In this document: positions 12,212 through 23,496 of the stretch, in pieces
Layout: every line of letters begins with the position of its first letter
Numbering within the stretch: position 1 is the stretch's first letter
Origin: Azolla caroliniana
Taxonomy: Eukaryota > Plantae > Polypodiophyta
Reading direction: 5' to 3'
DNA: 64,000 bases
NCBI GenBank assembly: GCA_043228905.1
Contig: JBHGNT010000006.1
Coordinates: forward strand, 13,330,001 to 13,394,000
Notes under the pieces: generated by a model
What the model was told of the DNA's origin: nothing
The model's input: only the letters and a program-made list of their open reading frames with translations
The model's database searches: none
Position numbers and translations under genes: made by a program

Positions 12212-12245
12212 AGAGGGCTGTCGAGGCGTGGGGCCGCGATAGTCC
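12202..12245 (+). promoter_or_regulatory. Putative -1 ribosomal frameshift signal of element F
   Basis: G_GAT_TTT is followed by TAG. After a 6-nt spacer, GGGCTGTCG (12215-12223) can pair with CGATAGTCC (12237-12245). The pol ORF is in the -1 frame. Confidence 0.7.
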
Positions 12246-15200
12246 GGACACTCCGGGAGAGGCAAAACCGAAGAAACCTTGTACTATAAGTAGGAAATTT
12301 TGGTTCTCCGACAACGGAGGGTGTACGATAGTCGGCGTCGTTGGACGAGAAAAGACAAGGGCGGAAGAGCGACTTCGGGCGTGCGGAGTTCTCGGGCCCA
12401 GCGAGGAAATCAACGGAGCCGTGGAGGCGGTCTCCTTCGACGATACCTTGGGAATACTACGAGAGGTGGTCGGAGAGGGCCTTAAAAAGGACCGGACGAT
12501 ATCGGTTTGTTCAGAAGAGATGTACGAAGTCATCGCGGACTTCACTCGGGGGCTCGAGTCGGATCGGACGGCCCGGGTTAACATGAAGTACAAGACTGTG
12601 GACCGGAAGGTAAGGCCGGTCGCGGCACCCTTACCGGAGGGCAGCGAGTTGCGAATCAAGGGGGTCGCATCGGACCCTAGTTTACGAGATCCGGCCTGCA
12701 TAGGACACACCTTCACCGATAGAACGCTACGGGAGCTCAAAGTCGGTGGGGTCGGGTTCCTACTGCCGGCGGAAGAAGACCGGTTTCAGAGAATGCTCGG
12801 AAGACACGGGAAAGCCTTCGCATTCTCACTGGAAGAGATCGGGTGCGTAGACCCGACAATCGTGAAGCTGATGGTGATATTCACGGTACCGCATGTGCCG
12901 TGGAATCTCAAACCAATTCCGGTACCGAGAGCTCACATCCTGGAGTTGATGGAGCTATTGAGGCAGAAAGTCGATATGGGCATCCTTGAACTGTCGAGTG
13001 CCCCGTACTCGAACCGGTGGTTTACCGTACCGAAGAAGAACGGGACGTTGCGCTTCATTCAAGACCTGCAACCGGTCAACAGAGTGACCATTCGGAACGC
13101 AGGAATCGGACCAACGATAGACGAGTTCGCGGAGGCCTTCGCCGGAAGGTCGATCTACTCAGTCGGTGATCTGTACTCGAGGTACGATCAGTTCCAACTA
13201 GCCGTAGAGAGCAGAGACATTACGACGATGCAGACTCCTCTCGGCCTAGTGCGGATGTGTACCTTGCCACAAGGAGGGACGAACTCGGTGGCCCACATGG
13301 TGAATGCGATGAACAAGGTGCTGAGGGATTGTATCCCGGACATCACCATGCCATTCTTGGACGACATCCCGATCAAGGGATGTCCGGTGGAGAAAAAGGA
13401 CGAAATGATCGGACCGGACGGATGCCGGATATTCGTGGCGACACACATTGACGACTGCGAGAGGGTGCTGCAGAGGCTAGAGGACGCGAGGCTCACCTTC
13501 TCCAGGGAGAAATCGGCCTTTGGGCAATCAGAGATCATGGTCGTTGGACATCTATGCGGACCGTATGGCCGGAAATCGTCTCCGGCTAAGGTGGAAGCCA
13601 TCTCCGCAATGAAGCCCGACTGTAACTCGGTCACGGAGGTACGAAGGTTCTTGGGAGCATGCGCGTTCTACCACATATGGATCCCGCATTACGCCCACGT
13701 TGCCGAGCCGCTATACGGGTTGCTGAAAAAGGGGCGAAAATTCGAGTGGCGAGACAAGCATACAGAGTCGGTCCGAAAGATGAAGGAGGCTCTTGCTGCA
13801 GCTCCGGCGCTCCGGAAGGCTGTCTACAAGAAAGGCACTCCCATCTACATAATGGTAGATACCAGTCCGACCGGGATCGGATGGGTCGTCAACCAAGGAG
13901 ATGAGGATGGCATTCGGTTCCCAATCCGGTTCGGCGCGAAGGTCCTCAGCGAGCGACAACGAGGATACGCCCAGGTTAAACGTGAACTCTGGGGTATCGT
14001 TTCGGCGGTAAAGGCCGATAAAGACTATCTGATCGGGACAGAGGTGATTATCGAGACGGACTGCCTGTCGATTCTCGGCATGGTTTCCGGATGCGCAACC
14101 CCGGACCTGGCAATGCTCAGGTGGATAGCGTACATCAAGTCCCTGGATCCGGAAATACGACACATTTCCGGGAAAGACAATGCCATGGCCGACATGCTTT
14201 CGAGGGCGCGATTCGACGACGAGGGCGGCATGGTTTCGGAGGACGAGGAAGTCGGCGTGGACTTCTTCGAGGCGACTTACGTAACAACCGAGGGGGGGAG
14301 CACTCCGGCGCTTAACGATTTTAACGAGAGCAAGTACGACGGGGAGTGGCTGCAGATTGGGGGATACTTAAGGACGATGACGCCGGACACGTCATGGACA
14401 AAGGACGAGGCCAATCGGATCCGGAAGAAAGCGTACCGATTCTTTCTCCGGGACAGATACTTGTGGAAACACCCGAAGAAGAGAAACGACATCCCGCTCC
14501 GAGTAATGGCGATGGAGGAGGAACAGGAGGAGTTGTTGAAGGCCTACCACGACAGCCCCTGGGCTGGACACCGTGGGACGTGGGCCACGTTCGAAAAACT
14601 GAAGGGGAAGTACTGGTGGCCGGGACTGTACCGGGACGTGCATCGGTTCGTGACAACTTGTGAGAGCTGTCAGATACACTCCATAGTCCGACATCGGGAC
14701 GAGCTTCACCCTACATACCCTCCGGCCATCCACTTCAAATGGATGGTAGATTTGGTGACGATGCCGATGGGCATAGGGCAGAAGCGATATCTGGTGCTGG
14801 CCCGGGAGGACCTGACAAACCAGGTGGAAGGCCGAGCCCTGCAGAACAAAACGATCGCGGCCGTGTGTCGGTTCCTGATTGAGGACGTGATATGCCGGTA
14901 CGGGTGCGTCGTGAAGATCGTGGCTGACCGCAGGGAGTTGGACGCCGAAGAGGCCGAGGAGCTGTTCGACCGGTTAGGGGTCAAGCTCTCGCTCACCACC
15001 GCGTACAATCCGGAGGCAAATGAGAAGGTGGAGCGCGGACACGGACTGATCGTCAAAGCGCTAGTCCGGGCGTGCGGAGGCCAGGTCGGGAACTGGCCAC
15101 GACTGTTACCTTATGCCTTGTGGGCGGACCGGACAACGCACAGTTCGGTAACCGGGTTCATGCCGTTAGAGCTCATGTTCGGACAGAAGCCGATCATGCC

Positions 15201-15546
15201 GATGGAACGGACGATCTCCTCTTGGGAGACAGTGGACTCGAGAGACGAGATGAGCCGGGAAGAACTGCTAGCGGCGTGTATACGACAGCTCGAGCGGAGG
15301 CTAGAGGACGTGGAACGAGCGGCGGAGAGACTTCGGACGGCGAGGATGAGGAATCAAGCCCGGTTCGACCGAACGCACCGGCTCCGACCAAAGAAAATCG
15401 AGGAAGGCGACTGGGTGCTAGTCTACGACAGCAGCCTCGACAACCAGCACCGGGCAACACGGAAGTTTGCAAAGCGGTGGTTCGGGCCTTACGAGGTAAC
15501 GAGCGCCAATGACAACGGGACGGTACGAGGATGGCGATACCGGTAG
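12208..15546 (+). CDS. pol of element F (RT, RNase H, integrase); open over about 1100 codons, with a frameshifted C-terminal tail to ~15746
   Basis: Within ORF 11578-15546: LPQGGTNS, PFLDDI, MVDTSPTGIG, ADMLSR, H-x6-H...CESC zinc finger, VADRRE and VERGH. Confidence 0.92.
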   Translation, partial: LERAVEAWGRDSPDTPGEAKPKKPCTISRKFWFSDNGGCTIVGVVGREKTRAEERLRACGVLGPSEEINGAVEAVSFDDTLGILREVVGEGLKKDRTISVCSEEMYEVIADFTRGLESDRTARVNMKYKTVDRKVRPVAAPLPEGSELRIKGVASDPSLRDPACIGHTFTDRTLRELKVGGVGFLLPAEEDRFQRMLGRHGKAFAFSLEEIGCVDPTIVKLMVIFTVPHVPWNLKPIPVPRAHILELMELLRQKVDMGILELSSAPYSNRWFTVPKKNGTLRFIQDLQPVNRVTIRNAGIGPTIDEFAEAFAGRSIYSVGDLYSRYDQFQLAVESRDITTMQTPLGLVRMCTLPQGGTNSVAHMVNAMNKVLRDCIPDITMPFLDDIPIKGCPVEKKDEMIGPDGCRIFVATHIDDCERVLQRLEDARLTFSREKSAFGQSEIMVVGHLCGPYGRKSSPAKVEAISAMKPDCNSVTEVRRFLGACAFYHIWIPHYAHVAEPLYGLLKKGRKFEWRDKHTESVRKMKEALAAAPALRKAVYKKGTPIYIMVDTSPTGIGWVVNQGDEDGIRFPIRFGAKVLSERQRGYAQVKRELWGIVSAVKADKDYLIGTEVIIETDCLSILGMVSGCATPDLAMLRWIAYIKSLDPEIRHISGKDNAMADMLSRARFDDEGGMVSEDEEVGVDFFEATYVTTEGGSTPALNDFNESKYDGEWLQIGGYLRTMTPDTSWTKDEANRIRKKAYRFFLRDRYLWKHPKKRNDIPLRVMAMEEEQEELLKAYHDSPWAGHRGTWATFEKLKGKYWWPGLYRDVHRFVTTCESCQIHSIVRHRDELHPTYPPAIHFKWMVDLVTMPMGIGQKRYLVLAREDLTNQVEGRALQNKTIAAVCRFLIEDVICRYGCVVKIVADRRELDAEEAEELFDRLGVKLSLTTAYNPEANEKVERGHGLIVKALVRACGGQVGNWPRLLPYALWADRTTHSSVTGFMPLELMFGQKPIMPMERTISSWETVDSRDEMSREELLAACIRQLERRLEDVERAAERLRTARMRNQARFDRTHRLRPKKIEEGDWVLVYDSSLDNQHRATRKFAKRWFGPYEVTSANDNGTVRGWRYR

Positions 15547-16371
15547 CAGGGAAGCAGATCAAAGCGTTCAAGAAGCACCACGACGGCGAACCGGATCTAA
15601 GAGGCCTGGACAGCGACGACGAACAGTCCGAAACGGAGGACGAACCGATGGACGAGGAACCGGAACCCGGACCGGTTTTCTCCAACCAGAACCCAAATTT
15701 GGCGCATACCGGTGGATGCGCGGTTAGGTGGGGGCGGATATCGTGAAGAAAACCATCCCTTAGCGCAATCGGTGCATAGCGCGTGTGAACCGGCTCTTCA
15801 CGCATGCGCGCCCTTTAATGTATATAATAGAGAATTAGGTACAAAGATATATCCTAGGTAGTTAGATTCGGTAGGTAGGAAGTTAATGAGGGAAACGACT
15901 CCCTTCTGGAAGCTATAAAAGAGAGGGAGACGCGGGGGAGAAGGGATCAGGCATTGAGGAGGACGAAGTGCTGTTGGACCGAAACCGAATGCTTCTCCTC
16001 TGTTCGTTCTCCATTGCTCTTCTTTGTAGGTTTTTGGGAGGCCCGCGCTACTTCGAGGAACGCCCGTGTGCTTTCGGCAGCACCTCCATCCTATCCCCTT
16101 TTCGTGCGCAGACGAACAGGCATCGGCATCTATTCGGTTGTAACCGCTCGCGTGCTCTGTTGTTTATTTGTCATTCGTTAATATACAAACATTTGTGTCT
16201 CTCTGTCTCTGTGTCCATTCGTGTCTTCTGCGTTGAAGGGCCGTGCCCCTGTGTTTCTTTGCTCATACGTAACCGGGCGTCTTTCTCTTTCCCCTTCTAT
16301 CACCTGCTCTTCGGTTCAAGACCCCGGTGGTTCCGGCTCGTTTCTCCACGCACGCGCGTAGTAACGCAACA

Positions 16372-18329
16372 ACGCGGGTCGCGTAATTGGGGTTCATGTG
16401 GTAGCGGCGCTGTTGGACGAGTTTTGCGTCAGTTGCTAAATTGATCTTATGCTGATAGAACTTGGGATCTAACCCCTTCATGTCCTCGTGAGCCCAAGCG
16501 AACACATCTTTATATTCCGTGAGTAGTGCGATCATCGTGACTCTCTGGTCCGACCTTAATTCCTTTGCGATGGAGAGGAACCGGGGCTCCGATTCCGTAC
16601 CCACATTTACTTCTTCGAGGGCGGAAGCGGTGACTCGTCGTGAAATCTCCATTTCCATTTCGAACGCCGCTCGTGCTCTACTGAGTTCCAATATGGACTC
16701 TGGGTTTGGTTCGTAAGGCTCGTCGTGGGGAATAGTGGCCGTGGCATATTCTGCCGTGGTTGCGATGACATCTATTTCGAACAACGGAATAATCTGAGGG
16801 TGTTCGTCGAGGTATGCCTCCAATTCTACATCCTCTACCCCGACCAACATATTTATGTCCTCCGCCGTAATCATATTGACAGCGGGCCCCTTTCCCTTGC
16901 GTGCTGGGCATTGGGTGGCATAATGTCCGGGTTGTTGACAAATAAAACAATGGATGCTTGATTCACCCTTCTCCGCTCCAGGTGGTGTGTGCCACTCCCC
17001 TGGTACTACTTGCTCTTTGCGGTCCGACCTCGTTTGTCGGAACGCACGCGGTGGCTGCTGTTGGTCCCGTCGTTGTTCCTGGTGCCGCTCATCCCCCAAG
17101 CCTTCATCGTAACGCCCGTGATCCCTATATTGCTATGGCTTACCCCGATAGCCATTGAAGCCGCCCTGTTTGTTTGTCGGCCGTTGATTCTTGTAGCGCT
17201 GACCCCCTTTGGCGTAACTCGGATGTCCACGATATTCCTCGTCCTCTGGGTCATCCTCCTCGGAATCGTTGTGGTTCCGGCGATTCCGGTTGTACCGGTC
17301 CTCCCTCGGGTTGCGATGCTTATACCAGGGTCGGTCTTCTTGCCTCCTTTGTTCAACCCGGTGCGGTTGACGTTGTGTGTCCATGTTGCGGACTGTGGGA
17401 GTGGCTCTGTTTAACATATTGTGCTCGCAATGGGCGACTGTGTGAGCCTTCGAGTGGCAGATTGGGCAGTGGATTCACATATTGCACTCCACTGCGGAAT
17501 GCCCCGAGTTCAAGTAAATCGTGCACTGGATTGCTTGACGAAACTGGCGTTCCTCGTCCTGAGGTAACGCTTGTCGTAAGGAGGACATAGAAAACCTTTC
17601 CTCCTCGTCATCCAACTCGAGCTATAACGCTCGTTCAATTACCATATCCACCGTTTCCCCTTTCACGCTATTGTTGTTGAGCGTTGCTCGGATGCGCCGG
17701 TGTGAAGCTGACAGAAATGTTTCCCGAGCCTCGTCCTCCGCGGGGCTTAGTTCCAGTTTCCGTCGTAAATTTTGGAAACGTAAGCTAAAGTCCACTATCG
17801 TCTTGGTCGGTAGTTGCTTAATTGTATAAAACTGCCCGAGAATCTCGCGTTGTGGAACCCTCCGATGGAAGAATCGCAAGAAAGCGGACTGCAGCTGATC
17901 GAAGGTTGTTATGGTTGGTAAATCCATCTGTGAATGCCAAAACGCCGCACGCCCATCTAATGTTAATCCGAACTCCGTCATTTTCGACTGGTGTGCCACT
18001 GTCTCGGAGAGATTCTACGCCATGTGGTTCGCATTCCAGACATTCAGGAACATGCGAATATGAGTTGCGGCGTCGGTTTCGCCGTTAAAGTGGGGGTAGG
18101 CAAAGGCCATAGTGGGAGCTATGGCGGGTCGGGAAAGACCACAGAGTGGCTGTGGTGAGCGTGGTCCCCACGTCTCGTCGAGGTATTTGGGGAGCGAAGA
18201 ATCCTCTTTGCACTCACGGCAGGTAGTACTGGGTCGCTGAGGCGTGGCTTTTGCCGTGCGCGTTCTTCTGCCTGGCGTGTGACGGACCTTGTTATTGGCC
18301 GGTCTTGTCGTGTTGGTTCTCTGGGTCAT
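16372..18329 (-). pseudogene. gag and RT N-terminus of element B; protease removed by a deletion at ~16855
   Basis: FAYPHFNGETDAATHIRMF, EFGLTLDGRAAFWH and CFICQQPGHYATQC are present. The junction reads VNMITAE|DINML. Confidence 0.85.
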
Positions 18330-19324
18330 CTGCGGCTAAACATCCATTCGTTGTTGCTCATCTGTGAGAAAACACAGATCACCAAGCGTGCCAAAAGTGT
18401 TGCCATTTAGGAACACGGTCCGTGGTCAGTCCTTCGACCTAGACCTCAAAGTGGGCGTGGAACAACGAACAGGTGTTTAAGCGTAATGCGTAAGGGAAGA
18501 ACCCTTGTAACCTATCAGCATATAAGGGGACACGGCTACAACCGAATCCCTATCAGGGGTTACACTTACATACTCAACGCTTAGGTATTTAAGACAAACA
18601 CAGAAAATCAGAGAAGATAGAATTCTATTATCAGGCGTTTCTTTACATTCCCAAAATTACACGCACCTCCATCAGAGGTTTTCTGCCCTTTATATATGCA
18701 GGGTCTATTTAGCCGTTCATGCTTCCTGCGTGAACCGTTACATGCGTTATGCTCTTATATAATTTCTTATTCCTACGCTTTTGTCCGTCGGTTACTATTC
18801 CGGCGGACAACACAATGGATGGACACAAAAGACAAGGCTTACCGGGCACTAAAAGTACTATTGTCACAAGCGCCGGTGGTGCAACCTCCGGATTGGTCTA
18901 AAGAGTTTCATGTGTTCGTTGGCGCGTCCGGCATCGCAATCGGGAGCGTGCTTATGCAACTTACAGAACCGAAGTGGTACCGGCCAGTGTATTATGCCAA
19001 CCGAAAGCTGTCCCAAGCAGAACGTAATTATCCCAAGCACCGTTTTCTACTCAGCACCGGTGACCTATATAAAGGCCCGGTTACAATGTAAAACTTTGAC
19101 GGATAATTAATAGAGCTTCTTGTTTTATCTTTAAGTGATGATTATTGTTCTGTGCTAATTGTTCTATCATACGCATGTATCAAGTCTAATGCCATATTGC
19201 TAAGTAACCAATTAAAGTTTGATTAATCGTTGAGTCTTAAGTTATCTCACCGTAGCACCCCTTTGGTGAAGTGTCTTCCGTAGACACCCTGTGTTAGGCC
19301 ATTGTCCGGCCCTAAGGAATAACA

Positions 19325-21973
19325 CATTCCGGTGAAGAATGTGCACCTTGAGAGGTGCACCGACTGCCTAGCCAGTAAGCAAAACCGGACCTCCTTCCAA
19401 TCAAGGCCACCGATGAGATGTAATGCACCATTGGAGTTGGTGCACACCGACGTGTGTGAAGTGGACACGAAGTCCCATGCCGGAGCGCAGTACTTTGCAA
19501 TGTTCATAGATGACCACAACAGGAGGTTGTGGGCCACACCGTTGAAGATGAAGGATCAGGTGTTATCCGTTTTCAAGGACCTCCACGCAAGAGTGGAAAG
19601 AGAAACCAGACGGAAGCTGAAGGCGGTTCGAGCAGATAACGGAGGGGAATACTGGGGGGCAGTTCGAGGAGTCTGACTCAAATTTACCATGCCAAAGACG
19701 CGAAAACTAAACGGGCTAGCCGAGAGGATGAACCAGACCATAATGGAGAGGGTTCGGAGTATGCTAGCACATGCTAAACTACCCAAGACGTTTTGGGCTG
19801 AGACGCTGTCGATAGCGACGTATGTGATAAACAGATCACCCTCAGTGCCCTTAGATGGAGACACGCCGCAAAAGGTGTGGACCGGTAAGGAATTGTCCTA
19901 CCGGTATTTGAAGGTGTTCAGGTGTCTCGCGTACTTGCATGTTGCTAAGGACCGGAGAGGAAAGTTGGATCCAAAGACCCGGCCATGCATATTCCTTGGA
20001 TATGGCGATGATGAGTTCAGCTACCGAGTGTGGGATCCGGTTGACAAGAAGGTTTTCCGGAACTGAGATATTATCTTCATGGAGGACAAGACTCTTGCCG
20101 ACTGGGAGTCGGAGAAGAAGATAATGAACTCTGATGAGATTTGGACCCACCCGGCTAAGAGCCGGTTGACACTCGAGGAACCAGCCGGTTACGGTGAGGA
20201 TACCAAACCGGCAAAAGAAGAAGTAGAGGAAGCTGAAACCAGAACCGGCCAAGACCCCGAATTGGATTCGGATGAAGAACAAATAGAGGAGCCGGTTGCC
20301 AAAAGCCAAAGACGGAGATATCCTCTCAGAAAGAGAAGGCCCCCTCCCGGAGATTTCCGGATGCAGAGCATGTGTTGCTGACCGATGAGGGGGAGCCAGA
20401 AAGCTTCGAAGAAGCGAAGGATGACACCCATAGCCGTAAGTGGTTGAGTGCCATGCAGGACGAGATGGATTCCCTCCATGAGAACCACACGTATGAATTG
20501 GTGGAATTGCCGAAAGGAAAGAGGGCACTCCGAAATAAGTGGGTGTACAAGTTGAAACCGGGAGATGCCGACAACCCTCCAAGGTACAAAGCCAGGATCG
20601 TGGTGAAGGGGTTCCAGTAGAAGAACGGCGTGGACTTCGACGAGATATTTTCCCCGGTAGTAAAGATGACTTCCATTCGGATGGTGCTGAGCATAGTGGC
20701 AAGCATGGACCTCAAGGTAGAGCAGTTAGACATGAAGACGACGTTCCTCCACGGTGACCTTGAAGAGGAGATCTACATGCAGCAACCGGAGGGATTTGTG
20801 AGGAAAGGGAAGGAGCACCTGGTTTGCCGGTTAAAAAAGATCTTCTACGGGTTGAAACAGGCTCCCCGACAATGGTACTGGAAGTTTGACTCCTTCATGA
20901 CCGATCAAGGGTACCACAAGACGCAGGCCGATCACTGCATATTTGTGAAGAAGTTCGAAGGTGGAGACTTCCTGATACTCCTTTTGTACGTTTACGACAT
21001 GTTGATCGTCGGACGAGACCAAGTCAAGATACGGATGCTGAAGAAGGCCTTGAACTAGAACTTTTCAATGAAAGACTTGGGTCCAGCAAGACAGATGCTG
21101 GGGATGCATATCATCCGGGACCGGCCAACAAAGCAATTGTGGCTGTCACAGGAGAAGTACGTGACAAAGGTGCTTCAACGGTTCAACATGTTAGATGCGA
21201 AACCGGTCGGATCGACACTTCCGGCAAACTGTAGGTTATCCGGTAAGCAAAGCCCGAAGACGAAGGTAGAGAAGGCAGATATGATGAAGATACCATATGC
21301 CTCTGCCTTCGGGAGCCTAATGTACGTAATGGTGTGTACCCGACCGGATATCAGATATGCAGTCGGAGTGGTGAGCCAGTTTAGGAGCAATCCCGGCAAG
21401 GAGCACTAGAATGCGGTAAAATGGATACTCTGATACTTGAAAGGCACCTCAAGTATGTGTCTCCGATTCGGCTCCGGTAAACCCCAACTTGACGGTTTCA
21501 CTGATTCGGATATGTCGGGTGATGCGGATACCAGCCGGTCAACATCCGGATACGTCATGACATATGCGGGGGGAGCTGTTTCGTGGCAATTGAGGCTACA
21601 GAAGACGGTTACGTTGTCAACCACAAAAGCGGAGTACATGGCGGCTGTGGAAGCCGGTAAGGAAATACTATGGATGAAGGACTTCATCGAAGAGCTAGGG
21701 TCCGGCAAGAGGAATACCGACTCTATTGCGACAGTCAAAGTGCCATCCACCTTGCGAAGAACCCAGTGTATCATTCCAGGATGAAGCACATCCAGCAGAG
21801 GTACCACTGGATTCGGGAGCGAGTAGAAGACCGAGAGTTCGTGCTGACGAAGATCCACACGGAGGAGAACGAGTCGGATATGTTGACCAAGGTGCTGACG
21901 CTCGACAAGCTAGACGCATGCCGGAAGCAGATCGGATTGACGAGGCATCCCATGCCGGAGTGAAGGGGGAGTT
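19325..21973 (+). mobile_element. Degenerate Tnt1/Tork-like Copia C1 (integrase, RT, RNase H); ends at its PPT with no 3' LTR
   Basis: LELVHTDVC, RADNGGEY, NGLAERMN, YKARIVVKGF and HSRMKHI are present. GAAGGGGGAGTT at 21962-21973 is followed by unrelated DNA. Highly similar to element H. Confidence 0.92.
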
Positions 21974-23496
21974 CCTTCGATGCAAGTGCCAGTTTCACTG
22001 TCCCCGATTAAGATATGCACAAGGTCGGTAATTGATCGACTTATTCTTCCTCTCAAGGCAATATACTTGATAAAATGCCAATGTCTTTCCACGATATTGG
22101 TAGTCAACATGTCCATAGTTGAAAATTCTACCAAACTTGGGCTAGAGTTTCCTGCACAGACATGTCAAACCACACCATCCTCCTTCTATATATTGCCAAA
22201 CACCGGGTTTTTCTGCAAATTCTACCTTTAACTCCTCACACATCGCATTGAATGCGGATTCAGTAATGCATTGCATCAGTTGGCACATTCGGTGATAAAG
22301 ATGGCTTCTCTCAGTTGCACTTACTTTTGGCAACAAATTGTCCACCCATGCCTTTTTGGCATGAAATTGACACAACAAAAGTCGACTATGTGTTTGCAAC
22401 TGTTGCCCATTTACAACAATCCAAGGTTGACAGTCTGTTGCAACCACATTAGTTATGACATTATATGATGTCCAACATTTATCAATCACTATTGCATTTG
22501 GCCTCACCGTGGGCATCCTGCGAATATGACTCTCAAACAAGTTTCTAATACGACTTGCTCATGGTTTAACCCCTTATCAGAACTATAAAGCATGTACCAT
22601 AACGGGATTCCAATTCACATGGAATTGGGGGCAACAACTACATATAATGGTAGCCCGAATTGGTTTGTTTTAAATGTCGAGTGGATTGCCCAAGAGTTGT
22701 TTAGGGTCAACCGCTCACACATTTCCAACATCCATTGATCTTGAAGTATCAAGATAAATGGTTGTCTAACGGGAGATCTTGGTCCACCGAGCAGGTAGGG
22801 TTGAACATGAGCCACTTTCCCAATATCGCGGAGTGCATAGGCATCTTACATCATCAAAGCCCAATCAACCTTAGTCATGGCACTCCCAAATTTTAACCTA
22901 TTTGTCATGTTATGGACCTCCTTTGGTATCATAAAGAACCTATAGCTAACAAGCTCTAATGGACTAGCCTTGAACTTATGATATGCTTCCTTATGCATGC
23001 TCATTCGTGCCACATACCTTGCACACCCAACATCAAATAGGTCATCTTTGCAACAACTTATGACATTGGGGTGTGTTGGCAAATGGTACACATCCGACCT
23101 ACTACGTGGTACATGACCACTATGAGGTCCATATATTGAAATGGTCAGTGTCTCATTGTCAACCCCGTCATTCATTCTAACATCCACATGGATTGTACAC
23201 CCACATCGGGGTGTGCAACTGTGTCATCGAGTGGAATTAGACGCAAGCCGAGATGTCCCAGCATGATGACAACTATACCTAGTCACACACATACTCTTCT
23301 TGACTCCTTTCCTTAAGCATGTATGATACTTGATTTGCAAATCCGGGAGCGCAACATCTAACTGGTGGGTTTCTACCTTGATCACTTCTATGGGTAGGGC
23401 CTTGTTATATTTGGCCATGCTCGATCCCAAAACTTTGTTTGGGTCGACCTTCAACACCATTTGGCAACCACAACTTCTAATGAGTGCTTTTACGTA

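Larger units (their letters stand above)
9382..16371 (+). mobile_element. Full-length Gypsy element F; LTRs 9382-10014 and 15739-16371 (633 bp each), 4-bp TSD ACGC
   Basis: Direct repeats are present. Removing F plus one ACGC restores B's RT reading MNPNYATRVKEE. PPT-like AGGTGGGGGCGGA lies at 15726-15738. Confidence 0.95.
4803..18812 (-). mobile_element. Athila/OTA-like Gypsy element B (3' LTR 4803-5241, 5' LTR 18398-18812), TSD CAATG, internally deleted, split by element F
   Basis: Direct repeats T(G/C)TTGCC...GGACAACA. CAATG occurs at 4798-4802 and 18813-18817. PBS TGGCACGCTTGGTG lies on the - strand at 18380-18393. Confidence 0.93.
717..19324 (+). mobile_element. Degenerate Athila/OTA-like Gypsy element A2 (5' LTR remnant 717-1070, partial 3' LTR ~19036-19324), split by element B and inserted into Copia C1
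   Basis: Both LTR pieces end ...GGAATAACA and the PBS TGGCGACCACGA lies at 1078-1089. Pol is continuous across B through the TSD CAATG. RNase H is fused directly to mid-LTR at ~19030, so integrase and the extra ORF are deleted. Confidence 0.9.
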
